A stretch of 64,000 nt of DNA from Candidatus Latescibacterota bacterium (GTDB lineage: Bacteria > Latescibacterota > UBA2968 > GCA-2709665), in the NCBI GenBank assembly GCA_965208835.1, contig OZ242358.1:1504001-1568000 (forward strand), written 5' to 3'. A program made the translations under genes and the position numbers. Shown one piece after another: positions 59,765 through 64,000 of the stretch. The notes under the pieces are model-generated. The model was not told where the DNA came from. It saw only the letters and a program-made list of their open reading frames with translations, and did not search any database. How positions within the stretch are numbered: position 1 is the stretch's first letter; each line of letters starts with the position of its first letter.

Positions 59765-62080
59765 GTGTTGCGGAGGCGAAAGGCTTTGTTGCGAATTCTC
59801 ATCGGATGTTTTCTGGTGCTGCTGGACGTCGCGTCTCCCCGGACGGCGGAGGCGCAGGAGGCGCCGGTCATTGCCGAGATCAGGGTCTCGGGAAACCGGA
59901 TTACAGAAGCGTCGCTCATCAGGTTCTCCTCAGGACTGGCGGAAGGACAACGCCTCATCCTGCCCGACGATCCGCCGCGCGTAATCCGCAATCTTCATCG
60001 GTTGAACATTTTTTCGGATATCCAGGTTTTTGTCGACCCGGATGTGGAAGAAGGCGTGGCCGTGTTGATTGTCGTCAAGGAATACCCCAAGCTGGGCGAC
60101 GTTCTTTTTGAGGGCAACAAGGGGATCAAATCCAAGAAACTGAAGAAGAAGCTGGCTTTTATAGAGAAACAATGGCTGTCGCCGCATGAAATCAGGCGTG
60201 CGGAAAACAAGATTGTGGAGCTGTACAAGGAAGAGGGATACCTCCTTGCCGGCGTGGAGGGGACGCAGGGCGACCCGAATGAAGAAGGTCAGGTCCTGCT
60301 CACGTTCAAAGTGAACGAGGGGCGGAAGGTGAAACTGCGCCGAATTCAGTTTTACGGCAATCAGTCGTTCGAAGCCAAGAAGTTGCGAAAGGCGATGAAG
60401 CAGACCAAGCAGGTCGGGGGAATACTGCGCCGCAATCAGTTCGCCGAAGATACCTATCAGGAAGACAAGCAGGCGCTGCTGGCTTTTTATCAGGCGAACG
60501 GACATCGTAATGCGGAGATACTGCGCGACAGCCTGTATTACGATGATGCAAGGGCGAATCTGTTTATCGACCTGTACCTGGATGAAGGGCCCCTGTACAA
60601 GTTCGGTGAGATTTCCTGGGAGGGAAACGAGCGCGTCAAGGACGCGGGGATCGACAGGATGATCGTCGCCAAGGCGGGAGAGGTGTACAGCGCCGAGCTC
60701 AAGAACAAATCCCAGGAGGAAATCCAGAATCTTTACAGCGATATCGGCTATATAACGGCTTCGGTCGCGGTCCAGGAGAGGTTGGCCGAGTCACCGCACA
60801 CGATCAACGTCCACTTCGACATCGTGGAGAACAAGCCGTGGAAGATTCGGCAGATTACCATTTCGGGCAATACCAAGACGAAGGACAGGGTGATCCGAAG
60901 GGAGCTCTGGATACGTCCGGGACAGACCTTTCGAAGGTCCGGCATCGAACGCAGCATGAGGAATATTCAACAGTTGAACTATTTCAGCAACGTGGTGCCC
61001 GAAATGAAACCTGTGGAGGAGTCGTCCGAACTCGACGTCATCTTTGCAGTTGAGGAGAAATCCACCGGCACGGCGTCCGTAGGCGCGGGCTACAGCCAGT
61101 ACGACGGTCTGCTTGGAACCATCGCGCTGCAGGTTCCGAACTTTATGGGCAACGGACAGCAACTGGAGTTTCAGTTGGAGTTTGGAGACAGGCGCCAATC
61201 CTTCAGGGCCGGATTTACGGAGCCCTGGTTCCTGAACACGCCGACGAGCCTGCAGGGACTGATCTTCAGAACCACCCGGCGGTATTACAGTGGCTTCGAC
61301 GAACGACGGCAGGGTGCCCTGGCCAGCGTGGGGCGCCGTCTGGTCTGGCCTGATTTCTCCAGGGCCTCGATCGGGTACCGGATCGAGCAGGTTGAATTCC
61401 GGAACTTCGCTGAGGATTTCGACGAGGCGGCGGAAACTTCCTTTCGCGACAACGTGACCAGCAGCATTAATCTGAACTTCACGCGGAACAGCCGGGATCT
61501 GCCGGTCTTTCCGACCAGCGGCTCCGTGTTTTCCTACTCGCCGACAATTGCCGGCGGGCCCCTGGGCGGCAATACGGATTTCCTCAAGCACGATATTATA
61601 ACCAGCTTCTATTTTCCCGTTGCATGGCGCGTTGCGCTGAATCTGAAGACGACCGTCGGCCTCGTAAAGCCGTACAACAATTCCCAGGTGCCGTTTAACG
61701 AGCGCTACGTTCCCGGTGGCGTGAACATATTCGAGGGAACGATGGTGCGCGGCTACCCCGAGCAATCGCTGGGTCCGCGCATAAACGGCGTTCCGGACGG
61801 AGGGAACTCGCAACTGCTCTTCAACCTGGAATTCACGCTACCTATCGTGAAGCAGCAGTTTTACGCGCTTGCCTTTGCGGACGCCGGCAACGCCTGGGAC
61901 AGTGTTTCTGAAGCAAGTATCTTCGATTTGAGGCGGTCGGTTGGCGTCGGATTCCGCATGATAGCTCCGGTTGTCGGCATTATGGGCTTTGACTTCGCCT
62001 GGGGCTTTGACAGGCGGCGCGTCGACGGCCAGAAGCCGCAGATGGTAACCCATTTTCAGTTCGGTCCGCAGTTCTTTTAA
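59765..62080 (+). CDS. bamA: Outer membrane protein assembly factor
   Basis: POTRA repeats (GNTKTKDRVIRRE), VRGY, FADAGNAW, C-terminal Phe. Confidence 0.96.
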   Translation: MLRRRKALLRILIGCFLVLLDVASPRTAEAQEAPVIAEIRVSGNRITEASLIRFSSGLAEGQRLILPDDPPRVIRNLHRLNIFSDIQVFVDPDVEEGVAVLIVVKEYPKLGDVLFEGNKGIKSKKLKKKLAFIEKQWLSPHEIRRAENKIVELYKEEGYLLAGVEGTQGDPNEEGQVLLTFKVNEGRKVKLRRIQFYGNQSFEAKKLRKAMKQTKQVGGILRRNQFAEDTYQEDKQALLAFYQANGHRNAEILRDSLYYDDARANLFIDLYLDEGPLYKFGEISWEGNERVKDAGIDRMIVAKAGEVYSAELKNKSQEEIQNLYSDIGYITASVAVQERLAESPHTINVHFDIVENKPWKIRQITISGNTKTKDRVIRRELWIRPGQTFRRSGIERSMRNIQQLNYFSNVVPEMKPVEESSELDVIFAVEEKSTGTASVGAGYSQYDGLLGTIALQVPNFMGNGQQLEFQLEFGDRRQSFRAGFTEPWFLNTPTSLQGLIFRTTRRYYSGFDERRQGALASVGRRLVWPDFSRASIGYRIEQVEFRNFAEDFDEAAETSFRDNVTSSINLNFTRNSRDLPVFPTSGSVFSYSPTIAGGPLGGNTDFLKHDIITSFYFPVAWRVALNLKTTVGLVKPYNNSQVPFNERYVPGGVNIFEGTMVRGYPEQSLGPRINGVPDGGNSQLLFNLEFTLPIVKQQFYALAFADAGNAWDSVSEASIFDLRRSVGVGFRMIAPVVGIMGFDFAWGFDRRRVDGQKPQMVTHFQFGPQFF

Positions 62081-62174
62081 GATGCTGTCTTGAATTGTAC
62101 CTGGTGCGTCCCGAACGCGAATGAAGACCGCTGGGTGCATCTAGACAGCTTCCAAACGTTGGAGGGGATTCAAA

Positions 62175-62747
62175 ATGGACTTGAGACATCGCTTGCTGAT
62201 TTCCGTATGCGGCCTGATGGCTTGTCTGGTCGTGGCGTCCACGGCGCGGGCACAGGCGAAGGTCGCTTTTTTTGATCCGAACGAGATTCGAACGAAGTAC
62301 AAACCATTCCAGGAAGCCGAAAGAGAATACAACCAGTACGAAGGGGAACTGCAGAAAGAACTCAAGAAGCTCGAGAGTGCATTGAGGAAGAAACAGACCA
62401 CCTTCGAGCGGCAGAAGGTGATGTACATGGAGAATCGGAGGCGGGAAGAGGAGCAGGCGTTGAAGCGGCAGGAGGAGGAATTACAGCGGTTTCTTGCCCA
62501 GATTACCGATCCCGAACGGGGTAAACTTGCACTCAAACAGCAGGAATTGCTTGCGCCTCTGTTGAAACGCGTCAACGAGGTGATCACACGGGTGGCCAAG
62601 GGCGAGGGTTACGACTTTGTGCTCAATGCGGCTTCCGTGGTGTATTTCAACGAAGAGTACAACCTGACGGAGAAGGTCCTGGAAGAATTGAACAAAGACC
62701 TGGAGGTCGGAGACCAACAGAGGGTCCGACAGGGCCCGATACGCTAG
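62175..62747 (+). CDS. skp: Skp/OmpH periplasmic chaperone
   Basis: Signal peptide, coiled coil, VAKGEGYDFVLN...NLTEKVL. Follows bamA. Confidence 0.9.
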   Translation: MDLRHRLLISVCGLMACLVVASTARAQAKVAFFDPNEIRTKYKPFQEAEREYNQYEGELQKELKKLESALRKKQTTFERQKVMYMENRRREEEQALKRQEEELQRFLAQITDPERGKLALKQQELLAPLLKRVNEVITRVAKGEGYDFVLNAASVVYFNEEYNLTEKVLEELNKDLEVGDQQRVRQGPIR

Positions 62748-62775
62748 CGGTTCGGTGACGAGAGGAGAGTCGGCT

Positions 62776-63207
62776 GTGCTGGACGTCGAAGCCATTCAAA
62801 AGATTCTGCCGCATCGTTACCCGTTCCTTCTGGTGGACCGGATCGTGGAGCTGGAACCGGAACGCAGGGTGGTCGGGCTCAAGAACGTCTCTGTCAACGA
62901 GCCCTTCTTCACCGGCCACTTCCCGGGGCGGCCCGTGATGCCGGGTGTATTGATCGTGGAAGCGCTCGCGCAGACCGCGGGTATCCTGATGGGAGAAGCG
63001 TCCGGTCTGATACCGATGTTCATGGGCATCGATAAGGCCCGGTTCAGGTCTCCCGTAACGCCGGGCGATCAGTTGCGACTCGAGGTGGAGGTGTTGAGGA
63101 GAAGGCGTAACGTATGCCGCGTTGCAGGCAGGGCATTTGTGGGCGACAACCTCGTCGCGGAAGCGGAGATGATGGCGGCGCTTGTTCCGGCGGATAACAC
63201 GACCTGA
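62776..63207 (+). CDS. fabZ: 3-hydroxyacyl-ACP dehydratase
   Basis: ILPHRYPFLLVDRI and FFTGHFPGRPVMPGVLIVEALAQ. Confidence 0.96.
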   Translation: MLDVEAIQKILPHRYPFLLVDRIVELEPERRVVGLKNVSVNEPFFTGHFPGRPVMPGVLIVEALAQTAGILMGEASGLIPMFMGIDKARFRSPVTPGDQLRLEVEVLRRRRNVCRVAGRAFVGDNLVAEAEMMAALVPADNTT

Positions 63208-63239
63208 GAAAACCGGGGCGAATTACATTTCCATTTTGT

Positions 63240-63273
63240 GAACCGGCGGCCTATGTGGGCCGCCGGTTCTTTC
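63240..63273 (+). terminator. Intrinsic terminator between convergent genes
   Basis: GAACCGGCGGCC-6 nt-GGCCGCCGGTTC followed by TTTC. Confidence 0.75.
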
Positions 63274-64000
63274 TATTGTGACAGAATTTGGCTGAGGAAC
63301 AGTTTGGTCCGGTCATTTTGAGGATTCTCGAAAAACCCGTCAGGGTCGTTCTCTTCGACAATTCGACCTTCGTCCATGAAGATAACGCGGTTGGCGACAG
63401 TTTTCGCAAATCCCATTTCGTGCGTGACCACCAGCATCGTCATGCCGCTTTGTGCGAGCTCGATCATCACGTCAAGCACTTCCTTGATCATCTCCGGGTC
63501 CAGTGCTGAAGTCGGTTCGTCAAACAGCATGATCTTCGGATTCATGCACAAGCTGCGGGCGATTGCGACGCGCTGCTGTTGACCGCCCGAAAGCTGACCG
63601 GGGTATTTCGACGCCTGCTCCGGAATTCGTACCCGCGTCAAATACCTCATCGCGGTTTCTTCAGCTTCCCGTTTAGGCAGCTTTCTCGCCCAGATTGGCG
63701 CCAATGTGCAGTTTTCCAGGACCGTAAGATGAGGAAACAGATTAAACTGCTGAAAAACCATGCCAACTTCCCGGCGGATGTCTGCGATGTTCTTCAGATT
63801 ATCGGTCAGCGATATGCCATCAACCGTGATGTGCCCGCGTTGATGTTCCTCCAGGTGGTTGATACAGCGGATCAGCGTTGATTTGCCGGAACCTGAGGGA
63901 CCGCAGATTACGATTCTTTCTCCGCGCTGGACGGTGAGATTGATGTCTCTCAGGACGTGGAACTTGCCAAACCACTTGTGCATGTCCGTAATCTCGATCG
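63273..64000 (-). CDS. Amino acid ABC transporter ATP-binding protein (AapP/GlnQ-like), probably 5'-truncated by the window edge
   Basis: [40 protein letters not shown]. The frame is open to the window end. Confidence 0.93.
   Translation of the reverse strand, partial: IEITDMHKWFGKFHVLRDINLTVQRGERIVICGPSGSGKSTLIRCINHLEEHQRGHITVDGISLTDNLKNIADIRREVGMVFQQFNLFPHLTVLENCTLAPIWARKLPKREAEETAMRYLTRVRIPEQASKYPGQLSGGQQQRVAIARSLCMNPKIMLFDEPTSALDPEMIKEVLDVMIELAQSGMTMLVVTHEMGFAKTVANRVIFMDEGRIVEENDPDGFFENPQNDRTKLFLSQILSQ

Overview
GC-rich bacterial chromosome window from a diderm (bamA, skp, lolA, TonB receptor). The FlgD-Ig-tailed protein, PQQ-like propellers, Gfo/Idh/MocA and PhyH paralogs suggest an FCB-group or similar uncultured lineage such as Latescibacterota (inference). 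Three zones. (1) 2.4-24.8 kb: a co-oriented, largely translationally coupled cluster resembling an uncharacterised cofactor or small-molecule pathway. It encodes an EhpF/LuxE-like adenylating enzyme, an EhpG/LuxC-like reductase, an Fe-ADH, a HemN-like radical SAM enzyme, three secreted PQQ-like beta-propellers, a TonB receptor, a PaaK-like ligase, a flavin-dependent halogenase, a CxxC-bearing GT4, a small membrane protein, a thioesterase and a LolD/FtsX-type ABC system. (2) 25-38.4 kb: TRAP transporter, catabolic genes and a GT-C membrane protein, bounded by tRNA-Ala(GGC). (3) 39-64 kb: housekeeping genes (ligA, DGGGPS-like UbiA, XPB-like helicase, tsaD, ftsK, lolA, frameshifted prfB, lysS, lolD, clpC, bamA, skp, fabZ). 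Intergenic DNA carries many inverted arrays of 7-9 bp repeats. One pair brackets a four-helix-bundle gene whose 3' end occurs three times, and another brackets an 82-bp tandem repeat. REP-like palindromes and a ~120-bp inverted repeat pair are also present. No CRISPR, rRNA, integrase, transposase or reverse transcriptase was recognised. All assignments come from motif recognition by eye; no searches were run.
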